From Sedimentisphaeraceae bacterium JB056 (GTDB taxonomy: Bacteria > Planctomycetota > Phycisphaerae > Sedimentisphaerales > Sedimentisphaeraceae), in NCBI GenBank assembly GCA_044440125.1, contig JBITAJ010000016.1, forward strand, positions 1 through 64,000: 64,000 nt of DNA, in the 5' to 3' direction. The notes beneath the pieces are model-generated. The model saw only the letters and a list, made by a program, of their open reading frames with translations. It did no database searches and was not told the DNA's origin. The position numbers and the translations under genes are program-made. Positions within the stretch are counted from its first letter, which is position 1, and the number at the start of each line of letters is the position of its first letter. Shown here in pieces: positions 18,876 to 28,520 of this stretch.

Positions 18876-19808
18876 ATGGTGATGATTATGAGAATTACAA
18901 CAACAGTATTAATTGCATTAGGAATTGTCACTGCGGCTTGGGCGGAAAAGGCGGCAGACCCTAATTCTATCAAACCGGTTGAAAAAAAGGTTCTCGAAGA
19001 GCCTGCCTCAATTACCTCCGATCCTAATGACGCAATGGGTAAAGAGGCTGAAATTGAGATCAATCCTATGAATGCCATGTGCGGGGCGGTACTTAACGCT
19101 GAATATATCTCTGATTCAGGTGATGTTGACTATGCCCTTTTAAGGCGAAAGCGATCTGATTTGTATAACGTGACTAAGGATTTCAGGTCGTTAAAAGTTG
19201 AAGATTATCTGACGTGGGATAATGATGTTCAGCTTGCTTTCTGGATAAATGTTCATAACCTTTACACATTAGAACTGATAATTAATAATTATCCGATTGA
19301 GCCCTCGCGATTTAAGCTTATATTTTATCCCGCTCAAAGCATAATGCAGATAAGCGGTGCAAGAGAGAGTAATTATTTCGGTGTGATGGGCAGGGAATAT
19401 TCACTTGAGGAGATGGAAGATAATATTCTCGAGCTTTATGGCGATCCTCGCGTTCTTTTTGCACTTACCTACGCCTCGATTGGCAGTCCGCCTATGAGAA
19501 GCGAGCCTTATAACGGACCAATGCTCGAAGATCAGCTTGACAACCAGGTAAGGCGTTTTCTCGGCCGTCGCAGCGGATTTTATATCGACAGATCGAAATT
19601 GTATATTTCACCTATCTTTGAGTGGAACATCGATCGTTTTGTTGAGTATTATGGTATCGATACTCGGTACCGTGCCCATGATGAGGAAACAAGGGCTATT
19701 TTCAATTTTATTGAGCAGTTTAAGGGTCTGAGCTGGTCGCGAATACTCGAAAGTGATAAATTCCGGTTAGAGTATCAGAAATTTGACTGGCGACTAAACG
19801 GCAAATGA
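18876..19808 (+). CDS. Secreted DUF547-domain protein
   Basis: Signal peptide; GDVDYA, LAFWINVHN, DPRVLFAL..ASIGSPP, SPIFEW and FDWRLN motifs. Confidence 0.82.
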   Translation: MVMIMRITTTVLIALGIVTAAWAEKAADPNSIKPVEKKVLEEPASITSDPNDAMGKEAEIEINPMNAMCGAVLNAEYISDSGDVDYALLRRKRSDLYNVTKDFRSLKVEDYLTWDNDVQLAFWINVHNLYTLELIINNYPIEPSRFKLIFYPAQSIMQISGARESNYFGVMGREYSLEEMEDNILELYGDPRVLFALTYASIGSPPMRSEPYNGPMLEDQLDNQVRRFLGRRSGFYIDRSKLYISPIFEWNIDRFVEYYGIDTRYRAHDEETRAIFNFIEQFKGLSWSRILESDKFRLEYQKFDWRLNGK

Positions 19809-19875
19809 TAGCCGCAAGCCGATTGTTTCTTTATTAATTCAAATTTTCTATATATTCAGATTTTAAGGTGCGATT

Positions 19876-20415
19876 ATGATCAATCTTGATGATTGTGTTT
19901 TGATAATAGTTGATGTTCAGGAAAAGTTGCGTTTAGTTATGTCTGAACGCGATAAACTGGTTAAGAATCTGAGTATTCTCGTACAGGGAGCCAAAGTTCT
20001 TGGGATACCAGTCATATCCTGCCGTCAGTACCCTCAGGCTATAGGCGATACAATCCCTGAGATAAAAGAACATCTGGGCGATATATCTCCGGTTGACAAA
20101 CGCTGCTTCAGTTGTGCGGCAAGTGATGAATTTATGGAAAAGCTTAAAGCAAGCGGGGCAAAACATTGCATCGTTTGTGGAATTGAGAGCCATGTTTGTG
20201 TTTATCAGACAGTTCGAGATCTTCAGAGATTGGGATTCCACACTCATGTTCCGGTGGACGGGATAGCTTCCAGAATTTCAGAAAACAAACAAGTTGCGGT
20301 TGAGAGGATGAGGCATGAGGGTGCTATACTGACAAGTGTTGAGATGGTACTCTTCGAACTTCTGCAAACCTCTGAGCATCCTGATTTTAGAACAATTTCA
20401 AAATTAATAAAATAG
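19876..20415 (+). CDS. Isochorismatase-family cysteine hydrolase
   Basis: IVDVQEKL, QYP, K..FSC and GIESHVCVYQT motifs. Confidence 0.9.
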   Translation: MINLDDCVLIIVDVQEKLRLVMSERDKLVKNLSILVQGAKVLGIPVISCRQYPQAIGDTIPEIKEHLGDISPVDKRCFSCAASDEFMEKLKASGAKHCIVCGIESHVCVYQTVRDLQRLGFHTHVPVDGIASRISENKQVAVERMRHEGAILTSVEMVLFELLQTSEHPDFRTISKLIK

Positions 20416-20610
20416 TTACAGGATCCTGTAGGTCTTGTTTTATTCGGTTCTATTTCTTTGTTTTTTACAAATAAAACTCTATTGCAAAATACTACTGAAT
20501 GAATATAATCTTTTCTATCAAAGCTTCGGTAGAAACATGCTGAAGTTGGTTGATATCGAATATGCCGTTTAGCGGCTGATTTAACACAAACAACGGGGAT
20601 AGATACAAGT

Positions 20611-21921
20611 ATGGAAAAAAAATCCGTATCGAACATTGACATGTTCGGAAAGACACTGCCGGAATTGTCGCAAATAGAAGCACTTACTTTGACTGTGAAT
20701 TCTGCTGAATTTGCAAGAGCAAGGTTTCATGTTGAAATAGAAGAATACGCTGAAAAAAATAACAAAGATTCAAATCTTCGTTGCGGAATAGCGTATTGCA
20801 TATGCGGCAAATATGAAAAAGCAATCGCTGAACTTGAGCAAGCCTCAGATGATGGATATAAATTTTTCTTTTATGGAAAAACGCTGAAGTCACTTGGGCA
20901 GTATTCTAAAGCAGTGGAGATGTTCCGCAAGGCTGCTCTTGAGCTGAAAGATCCTACAATTGCTGAGCTTGAGAGAATCGGCTCTCTGATCTATGCCAAG
21001 CGTTTTGAAGAGGCAAACTCAAGCTTAACAACACTTAGCAAAGTTCTCAGCGGCAAAAGTGCTGAATATCATTATCTTCTCGGAAAGTTTAATGAAGGCA
21101 TGGGTGAGTATGATATTGCTATGGAGAATTTTGAGAAGGCTATAAGTATTGATGAACACCATGTAGAAAGTATGTTTGCAATGGCGTACATGCTTGATCT
21201 GCATGGCAATGACAATTTAGCTTTAGAGTATTATAAGGCTACAACTCAGATTAACCCTCTTCATGTCAGTGCTTTGCTGAATATGGCTGTTATTTATGAA
21301 GACAATGAGGATTATGACAATGCGATGAACTGCATTAATATTGTTCTCAAACATCATCCTAACCATAAGAGGGGCAGACTCTTCAAAAAAGACGTTCAGA
21401 GTGCTATGACAATGTTCGTTGATGAGGAGCAGGAGAAGAAGAAGCATTCAAGAAGTCGTGTTCTTGAGAAACCAATAACAGATTACGAACTTTCTGTACG
21501 AAGCCGTAATTGTCTCAAGAAGATGAATATCAACACTGTTGGTGATTTGCTTAAGATCAATGAATCAGAACTTCTTTCTTACAAGAACTTCGGTGAAACG
21601 TCTCTGACTGAGATACGAAGTATTCTTGAAGCCGAAGGTTTACGCCTTGGAATGTATCATGATGAGTTCCTTGCAAATGAGTCACAGAATTCTGAACTCA
21701 GCGAAGAAGAAAATGCAATGATGCGTAAGCCTATATCTGAGCTTGAGCTTTCAGTAAGGGCCCGAAGGGCGATTGACAAGCTTGGTATCAGAACTCTTGG
21801 TGATATCGTCAATAAGACAGAAGCAGAGCTTCTTGCCTGTAAGAACTTTGGTATTACCAGTCTCACTGAGATCAAAGAGAGACTTTGTAAGTTTAATCTG
21901 AAGCTTAGAAAAATAGACTGA
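20611..21921 (+). CDS. TPR protein with two C-terminal RNA polymerase alpha-CTD domains
   Basis: Multiple TPRs, then ELSVRSRNCL...KNFGETSLTEI and ELSVRARRAI...KNFGITSLTEI; no alpha N-terminal dimerisation domain. Confidence 0.88.
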   Translation: MEKKSVSNIDMFGKTLPELSQIEALTLTVNSAEFARARFHVEIEEYAEKNNKDSNLRCGIAYCICGKYEKAIAELEQASDDGYKFFFYGKTLKSLGQYSKAVEMFRKAALELKDPTIAELERIGSLIYAKRFEEANSSLTTLSKVLSGKSAEYHYLLGKFNEGMGEYDIAMENFEKAISIDEHHVESMFAMAYMLDLHGNDNLALEYYKATTQINPLHVSALLNMAVIYEDNEDYDNAMNCINIVLKHHPNHKRGRLFKKDVQSAMTMFVDEEQEKKKHSRSRVLEKPITDYELSVRSRNCLKKMNINTVGDLLKINESELLSYKNFGETSLTEIRSILEAEGLRLGMYHDEFLANESQNSELSEEENAMMRKPISELELSVRARRAIDKLGIRTLGDIVNKTEAELLACKNFGITSLTEIKERLCKFNLKLRKID

Positions 21922-21932
21922 TTTCATAAAAT

Positions 21933-23171
21933 ATGTTTTTAAAACTTAAATATATCAGGCTGCTACTGGTTGGCAGCCTGTTTTTTTCTGTACTGATATC
22001 CGGCTGTCGGCAAAGGCGAGCTATTGATGTGCCTTCTGGTGTTGAGACCAGAGACGATATGAGCAAGATCAATATGCGTGTGCTAATATCTGAAATTGAA
22101 AACTTTGAAGTTAATTTTGACGGAAGTTTTCAAGTATTCGGCAGTGCTGGGCAGGTACAAACATTTGTTAAACGGCCTGTTCCCGTTAAAGTTGCAATAT
22201 TGAACAATTCAATAACGGTTAATAATGTAAGCTTTGGCAATGAGGTGCATCTCTCAAGGCCCCGAGGTGAGTTTTTAGAGTTCAACGGCAGGCGATACAG
22301 AGGTAATCTTAATCTCTATTTGAGCTCAGATGACAAGATTATGGTCGTTAATGAGCTTCCTGTTGAATATTACCTTGCGGGTGTGGTTGCCGCTGAAATG
22401 CCTGCAAGCTGGGAGATAGAAGCCCTTAAGGTGCAGGCTGTTGCAGCCCGTACATATTCTCTATATGTAAAATTCACTTCCGGCGACAACAAACAATGGG
22501 ATGTGAAGAGTACTCAGGCAGATCAGGTTTATAAAGGTGTTGATGCGGAGTATGCAAGGATATGGAGCGTTGTTGACCAGACAAGAGGACAGGTTCTTAC
22601 GACCCGTCAGAGCAAGGTTGATTACGACTTGATTCCTGCTTATTTCAGCTCAACCTGCGGCGGCTATACAGTTGATTCTTCTCTTGTCTTTGGAAATGAA
22701 TATTCTCCGCTTTGTGGAGTTAAATGTCCATATTGCAAGCGTACAGCTCCTTCAAAATATTACAACTGGCCGGAAGTTCGAATAACCAAAAAAGAGCTTT
22801 TCGAAAAATTGTGCGATAGATATCCCAATCTCAGAAGACTCGGTTCGCTTAAAACTATAGAAGTGAGCGAGTCTGTTGCCAATGAAGATTTTTACAAATT
22901 TTTTACAGTTGATCTCATCGGAACAACAGGCAAAAAGGATTGGATCAAAGGTGATGATTTGAGATTTATCGTTGGTGCTTCCACAATGCGAAGTACAGCG
23001 TGCCGCATTAAGGATGTTGGTGACAGTATTAAATTTTATTCAGGAAACGGATACGGTCATAATGTGGGTATGTGCCAGTACGGTGCCCAAGCGATGGCTC
23101 GTGAAGGCAGAGGTTACAAAGAAATATTGAATTTTTATTATCCGGGTGCCGAGATTAAAGGATTATATTAA
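21933..23171 (+). CDS. SpoIID/LytB-domain peptidoglycan lytic transglycosylase (lipoprotein)
   Basis: ISGC lipobox; YLAGVVAAEMP, EALKVQAVAARTY, DQVYKG, FSSTCGG and GYGHNVGMCQYGA motifs. Confidence 0.9.
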   Translation: MFLKLKYIRLLLVGSLFFSVLISGCRQRRAIDVPSGVETRDDMSKINMRVLISEIENFEVNFDGSFQVFGSAGQVQTFVKRPVPVKVAILNNSITVNNVSFGNEVHLSRPRGEFLEFNGRRYRGNLNLYLSSDDKIMVVNELPVEYYLAGVVAAEMPASWEIEALKVQAVAARTYSLYVKFTSGDNKQWDVKSTQADQVYKGVDAEYARIWSVVDQTRGQVLTTRQSKVDYDLIPAYFSSTCGGYTVDSSLVFGNEYSPLCGVKCPYCKRTAPSKYYNWPEVRITKKELFEKLCDRYPNLRRLGSLKTIEVSESVANEDFYKFFTVDLIGTTGKKDWIKGDDLRFIVGASTMRSTACRIKDVGDSIKFYSGNGYGHNVGMCQYGAQAMAREGRGYKEILNFYYPGAEIKGLY

Positions 23172-23172
23172 A

Positions 23173-24303
23173 TTGAAAATAGGTAATTTCGATATACTGA
23201 CTAAGGATACCCGAAGCCGTGCAAGGCTGGGCAGGCTTACAACAGCTCATGGTGATATAATGACGCCGGTTTTCATGCCGGTAGGAACACGTGGTTCTGT
23301 TAAGGGTCTTACGCCTGATCAGGTTTCAGATACCGGAGCACAGATTATACTTGCAAATACTTATCACATGTTCATCAGGCCGGGAGTTAACGCAGTTGAA
23401 TCTATAGGCGGGCTTCATAAGCTTATGGCTTGGGATAAACCCATACTTACTGACAGTGGTGGGTATCAGGTATTTTCATTGAGTACTCTTAATCGGGTCG
23501 GTGATGACGGCGTTGAGTTTGCCAGTCATATTGACGGGCGTAAAATATATCTTGATGCCAAAGTTGCAACTAACGTACAAAATCGTCTTGGTGCAGATAT
23601 CATTATGTGTTTTGATGAGTGTACGCCTTACCCGTGTCCTAAGGAAAGATTGGTCTCAGCTGTCGAAAGAAGTATAAAATGGGCCGGAATATGCAAGGAC
23701 ACTCATGCAAATACCGATCAGCTTCTTTTCGCAATCGTTCAGGGCGGAATCGATCCTGAATTGCGTGAGTATTGTGCTAATCGGCTTGTTGATATTGATT
23801 TTCCGGGTTATGCTATTGGCGGGCTCAGTGTGGGCGAGGGGCATACTAATATGATTAAGACCGTTGAGTTCACAACTCCTCATCTGCCGGAAGAAAAACC
23901 GCGTTATCTTATGGGGGTTGGTATGCCTTCAGATATAATCGCATCGGTAAGGGCGGGAGTAGATATGTTTGATTGCGTGCTTCCTACAAGAAATGGACGT
24001 AATGGTTTTGCCTTTACATCAAGCGGGCCTGTGAGGATGAGAAACAGCAGCCATATTACTGATATTTCACCGATTGAAGAAGGTTGTGATTGTTACAGTT
24101 GTAAGAATTTCACAAGGGCTGCTATAAGACATTTCTTCAATGTTGGAGAGATGCTTGGCCCAACACTTGTTTCATTGCATAATATAAGATTTTTTCAGCG
24201 ACTTATGAAAGATATTCATTCACATATTGCGGGTGGAACGTTTGATGAATGGGCAAATGAGCAGATAGTCAAATATGAGGCTAACGGACTGCTTAAGGAC
24301 TGA
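23173..24303 (+). CDS. tgt: Queuine tRNA-ribosyltransferase
   Basis: TPVFMPVGT, ANTYH, TDSGGYQ, GGLSVGE, DMFDCV and CxCxxC motifs; TTG 23173 preferred over the overlapping GTG 23146. Confidence 0.96.
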   Translation: MKIGNFDILTKDTRSRARLGRLTTAHGDIMTPVFMPVGTRGSVKGLTPDQVSDTGAQIILANTYHMFIRPGVNAVESIGGLHKLMAWDKPILTDSGGYQVFSLSTLNRVGDDGVEFASHIDGRKIYLDAKVATNVQNRLGADIIMCFDECTPYPCPKERLVSAVERSIKWAGICKDTHANTDQLLFAIVQGGIDPELREYCANRLVDIDFPGYAIGGLSVGEGHTNMIKTVEFTTPHLPEEKPRYLMGVGMPSDIIASVRAGVDMFDCVLPTRNGRNGFAFTSSGPVRMRNSSHITDISPIEEGCDCYSCKNFTRAAIRHFFNVGEMLGPTLVSLHNIRFFQRLMKDIHSHIAGGTFDEWANEQIVKYEANGLLKD

Positions 24304-24308
24304 TTTTG

Positions 24309-24677
24309 ATGGAGAATGGTCAGGTGAATTTTGTGCTTCTAAGGCATAAGAGAGAGGGGCAGGCAGATCATTACGACCTTATGTTTGATCTTGAACCGCC
24401 CAAAGGTTTGCTTCGGACTTTCAGTATATTTGAGTCGCTTGAGAGTATCAAAAGGCCGGGGCAGGTCGTTTGTAAACAGATATTTGATCATGAACGAAGA
24501 TTTCTTGATTATGAGGGAAGTGTTAATAATGGAGCAGGAAATGTCGTTCAGATTGATAAAGGTTTGGCAGATATATTGTCAGAAACCCCCTTCAGATTTC
24601 GCTTGGCAGGGGCTATTGTTAAGGGTGATTTTGTAATGAATGGTGAGGGGTACCTAGTGCATGTTGATGTAAATTAA
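24309..24677 (+). CDS. Stand-alone LigD phosphoesterase-like domain protein
   Basis: FVLLRH...HYDLM...DH..FLDYEG.....G.V..ID.G pattern. Confidence 0.7.
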   Translation: MENGQVNFVLLRHKREGQADHYDLMFDLEPPKGLLRTFSIFESLESIKRPGQVVCKQIFDHERRFLDYEGSVNNGAGNVVQIDKGLADILSETPFRFRLAGAIVKGDFVMNGEGYLVHVDVN

Positions 24678-24801
24678 CCCGTTTTATATAATAACGATCA
24701 CTAATTTTGCGCTTGAATTTTGTGTTTTGTTATATTAAACTGGACTAGCATTATAAAAAGCTATTGGAATAATTGGATTGTAATACAGATTAGGAGCTAA
24801 C

Positions 24802-25278
24802 ATGGCTAAAGGAATTGTCATATATCATTCTCGCAGTGGAAATACCCAACTTATGGCTGAAACAATTGCAGAAGCAATGAATGAGGCAGGTCTTGAGACA
24901 GTGTGTAAGGCTGTTGCCGATACCGTCCCAGAGGACATGCTTGAAGCTGATGCGGTGGTTATTGGCTCTCCGACTTACTATGGTCAGATGGCTGCACCAG
25001 TAAAGCAGCTTATTGATGAGTCTGTCAGCAAGCATGGTAAACTTGATCGTAAGGTCGGTGGAGCTTTCACCAGTTCGGTGAATGTAGGCGGAGGTAATGA
25101 GACGACTATACGAGGAATACTGGAAGCTCTGATGGTTCACGGCTTTATTGTTGAAGGCGATCCTCAGGGTGATCATTATGGTCCTGTATCGCTTGGCAAG
25201 CCTGAAGAAAGGGCTCTCAAGCAATGTAAGAGAAAGGGGAAAAGGCTGGCTGAGCTGACCCTTAAACTTTTTGGTTAA
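24802..25278 (+). CDS. Flavodoxin/WrbA-like NAD(P)H-dependent FMN oxidoreductase
   Basis: YHSRSGNT, GSPTYYG and GAFTSS...GGNET motifs; AGGAG RBS. Confidence 0.88.
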   Translation: MAKGIVIYHSRSGNTQLMAETIAEAMNEAGLETVCKAVADTVPEDMLEADAVVIGSPTYYGQMAAPVKQLIDESVSKHGKLDRKVGGAFTSSVNVGGGNETTIRGILEALMVHGFIVEGDPQGDHYGPVSLGKPEERALKQCKRKGKRLAELTLKLFG

Positions 25279-25365
25279 GATGGATTAAGTAATTTTGCTA
25301 TAATTATAGTTCAGGGACATGTTGGTGCGTATATGTTCCTGGACTATATGATTTTTGAAGCTAAG

Positions 25366-26565
25366 TCAGCTATTCACGCGTCTAATTATCGTGAAAGGTT
25401 CAAGGGCTTCAGGAATCACTATATTTTCTTCATTGTTTGCGAAATCAACTTCACCGCCCCAAGATGTTTTAAGCGGAGTTGGCAGGGTAATGTTGGATAT
25501 ATGTCCATCTGGGGTAAGTATTTCGAGAGTCTCACCTGCGTGAATTTTATTGCGTACTCTAAACACCGACCCATTTTCTATCTTTTCATCAAGAACGTTT
25601 CCTACAAAGGTGGCGTCTCCACATGCTCCATTCTCGTCAATCCGATAGTCATTCTCATCAACAGAACCTTTGATGAACCCTTCCATGTAGCCGCGGTTTT
25701 TAACCCTGTTAAGCAAAGTCATGCAATCTTGTTCGCTTATTTGCTCACCATCAATAATTCTACGGTATAATGAGACCGTTGAGGCAATGTAATGAATTGA
25801 TTTCATTCGGCCTTCAATCTTAAAGGAGTTAACACCGGTCTCTGCAAGTTTTGGGATATATCTGAATAGAGCGAGATCTTTGCTGTTGAAATAATACAAA
25901 CCTCGTTCATCTTCAAAAACCGGATGATACTGTCCTGGGCGTTGTTCTTCTACAAGTTCGTATTTCCATCTGCAGGGATGGGTGCATTCTCCTCTATTGG
26001 CGCGTCTACCGGTAAGATAATCGCTGATAGCACAACGTCCTGAGTATGAGAAGCAAACTGCACCATGAACGAAAACTTCGGTTTCAATTTTTCTGCCGAC
26101 ATTTTTCTGGAGTTCAGCTATCTGTTGAAACGAAAGTTCCCGAGCCAAATTTACCCTTGAAGCTCCAAGCGAAGCATATGCAAGGGCGGTTTGAGCACTC
26201 ATTGTATTGGCCTGGGTGCTTATATGCAGTCCTGCTTTGAGCCCGAGTTCTTTCAGTGCAAAGAAAACTCCAATATCTGCGACGATAAAAGCATCGGCTC
26301 CCATTTCATCAATTTTGCGGGCAAGTTTGCATATATCCTGATATTCATCGGTGAAAGGGTATATATTTAACGTAATATAACCTTTTTTACCTCTTTGATG
26401 CAGATAGTTGATGCCCTCTTCGACTTGTGGGAGATCAAAATTACCTGCGAAACTTCGTAAACTGTAGCCGGCACCGAAATATACAGCATCTGCACCGAAT
26501 TCCGCTGCCCATTTTAATTTCTCAAGGGTTCCTGCCGGCGCTAATAATTCTGGTTTATTTTGCAT
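25366..26565 (-). CDS. Peptidase U32-family protein (TrhP/YegQ-like tRNA hydroxylase)
   Basis: ELLAPAG, GADAVY, HISTQ, HGAVCFSYSGRC...NRGECTHPCRW and FKIEGRMKS motifs. Confidence 0.9.
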   Translation of the reverse strand: MQNKPELLAPAGTLEKLKWAAEFGADAVYFGAGYSLRSFAGNFDLPQVEEGINYLHQRGKKGYITLNIYPFTDEYQDICKLARKIDEMGADAFIVADIGVFFALKELGLKAGLHISTQANTMSAQTALAYASLGASRVNLARELSFQQIAELQKNVGRKIETEVFVHGAVCFSYSGRCAISDYLTGRRANRGECTHPCRWKYELVEEQRPGQYHPVFEDERGLYYFNSKDLALFRYIPKLAETGVNSFKIEGRMKSIHYIASTVSLYRRIIDGEQISEQDCMTLLNRVKNRGYMEGFIKGSVDENDYRIDENGACGDATFVGNVLDEKIENGSVFRVRNKIHAGETLEILTPDGHISNITLPTPLKTSWGGEVDFANNEENIVIPEALEPFTIIRRVNS

Positions 26566-26998
26566 CTGTCTCTATCTTCGTCCAGACTTCATTAATTGCA
26601 GATTCAGTGTTGGTTTCCGCCTGCTTTGCACGTTCTATGAGTTGTTCTCTGTTTGTCTGTTCGTATTTCTTGAGATCAAAGGACCACTCGTAAGAATCAA
26701 TTACATCAGGAGCGAAGATGTCTCTGAATAGATCGAACGGGAAATAATCATTGGAAGGGCGTTCAAGCTCTTTGTTGACTATAAGAGTTCGGTATCCTTC
26801 CTTTTCTATTCTTACACGATATGTGCCGTACCAATTAAATGAAACTGTAACTGGTGAGAGACCAACCTGTTCATCATTTAATTCTACACCTGCTCCTTCT
26901 GGTAATGTCTTTATAGTCAGCTCACGTTCAACGCAACCTGTACATACAATTACCAAAATGCAGAATATAAGCATTGATATTTGTCGCAAATTTTTCAT
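26555..26998 (-). CDS. PEGA-domain lipoprotein
   Basis: CTGC lipobox; TIKTLPEGAGVELND...GLSPV...KEGY. Confidence 0.8.
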   Translation of the reverse strand: MKNLRQISMLIFCILVIVCTGCVERELTIKTLPEGAGVELNDEQVGLSPVTVSFNWYGTYRVRIEKEGYRTLIVNKELERPSNDYFPFDLFRDIFAPDVIDSYEWSFDLKKYEQTNREQLIERAKQAETNTESAINEVWTKIETDAK

Positions 26999-27498
26999 TC
27001 TTCATTTTCCTTGCTAAAAAAAACATCTAACAAACAAATCACTACAGCTATACATATGAGAGAATCCGCTATATTGAAAGTCGGCCAATGATAATTTTTA
27101 ATATACAAATTAACATCAATGAAATCTCTTACAAGTCCATTGTTGAAAAGTCTGTCATAAAGGTTGCCGCCTATACCGGCAAAAAACAGTGCACCAACTA
27201 TCTTTGATAGTTTATTGGTTAGATGACCCAATTCGAACACCATAATTACCACAATAAAAGCTATCAAAGACAAACTCGTGAGAAGTATTCTTTGTCCATG
27301 TGCTATACTGAATGCAGCACCTGGATTCTCGCGAAGTATAAACGTCAGGAAATTTCCTATAATTGAAACTTGATTAAAAGGTTTATCTGAAAGCCAATTA
27401 AATACTGCTGTTTTACTGAAAAGATCGGCAAGAAGGCCGACAAGTCCTAATCCCCAGAATAAAAAATGAGAACTCAAGCTTGGTATTTTTATTCGCAA
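26995..27498 (-). CDS. lspA: Lipoprotein signal peptidase II
   Basis: DLFSK, NPGAAFS, GNLYDR, VRDFI and WPTFNIAD motifs. Confidence 0.95.
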   Translation of the reverse strand: MRIKIPSLSSHFLFWGLGLVGLLADLFSKTAVFNWLSDKPFNQVSIIGNFLTFILRENPGAAFSIAHGQRILLTSLSLIAFIVVIMVFELGHLTNKLSKIVGALFFAGIGGNLYDRLFNNGLVRDFIDVNLYIKNYHWPTFNIADSLICIAVVICLLDVFFSKENEE

Positions 27499-27510
27499 AA
27501 TATTACCGTC

Positions 27511-28476
27511 TTATTTCGTAGTAACTTTAATATCTGAATATTTTTTGAGCAACTTTCTGAGTCCAGGCTGATTTGGCTGAATCCTTAGAGCTGTTCGCCA
27601 CTGGTTCAGTCCTGTTTCAAGGAGCTGTCCATCTTCATTACGAAGAGCCTGAAGTATATAAGCTACTCCCATTCCTTTCAGGGTTGTAAGGTCGCCAGGT
27701 TTTAATGAGGCAGACATTTTGTAGTTCTCAATTGAGACATCATATTTCTTAGCTCTCAGTGAAAGAAATCCTAAGTACTGATAGACCCTGTAGTCGTCAG
27801 GTGCTATCTTGGCTGTTTCCTCAAGAAGTTCAACCGCAACATCAAAACTTTGACTTCTTATATATGCAAGCCCCAGTGGAATCATTATTTCCGGCTGGTT
27901 GCCGTCTCTTTCAAGTGCTCTACGGTATTCAATAATAGCTGTTTCATAATTACTTGTGGCTGTGTATATGTCACCAAAAAGTATTTCAAGCTCACTTTTA
28001 TCGGGTTCTATCAGGCGGGCTTCTGTAGCATAGGTGAGTGCTTTATTGTAGTCTTCAAGTTTATAAAAACTTTTTGCGGTATAAAAATTAGCACTGTAAT
28101 CTTCCGGATGAAGCTCGAGGGCTTTGACGAAAGCGTTAACCGCATACTCATACCTTTCCATCGCGTAATTCACTTTACCAAGATTGTAAAAGTTCTTGAA
28201 CGAAAACGGGTTGTATTCAAGAGCTTTCTCATATGCTTGTGAACTTTCCAGAAAAGAACCCTGTTTCTGATAAATATCTCCTTTCAGAGTATAAGCAGGG
28301 AAGAATTCAGGATCTCTGTCTATTGCTCTGTCAAGGCTTTCAACGGCCTCTTCAGGTTGCTCAAGCTTATCATATTTTACAGCATCAACATAATATTCGA
28401 CGGCATTACGACAACCCGTTGTCATAATAACTGCCGTAATTGAAACCATCGCTAATATTTTAAGTATATTCTTCAT
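27511..28476 (-). CDS. TPR-repeat lipoprotein
   Basis: TTGC lipobox followed by continuous TPRs. Confidence 0.85.
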   Translation of the reverse strand: MKNILKILAMVSITAVIMTTGCRNAVEYYVDAVKYDKLEQPEEAVESLDRAIDRDPEFFPAYTLKGDIYQKQGSFLESSQAYEKALEYNPFSFKNFYNLGKVNYAMERYEYAVNAFVKALELHPEDYSANFYTAKSFYKLEDYNKALTYATEARLIEPDKSELEILFGDIYTATSNYETAIIEYRRALERDGNQPEIMIPLGLAYIRSQSFDVAVELLEETAKIAPDDYRVYQYLGFLSLRAKKYDVSIENYKMSASLKPGDLTTLKGMGVAYILQALRNEDGQLLETGLNQWRTALRIQPNQPGLRKLLKKYSDIKVTTK

Positions 28477-28520
28477 TGTAAATAACTTTCTTGGTAGCTA
28501 TTGACTAAATTCTTATCAGT

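Noticed and set aside
20611..21921. Calling this gene rpoA
   Set aside because: It lacks the alpha N-terminal domain and the usual ribosomal-protein operon context
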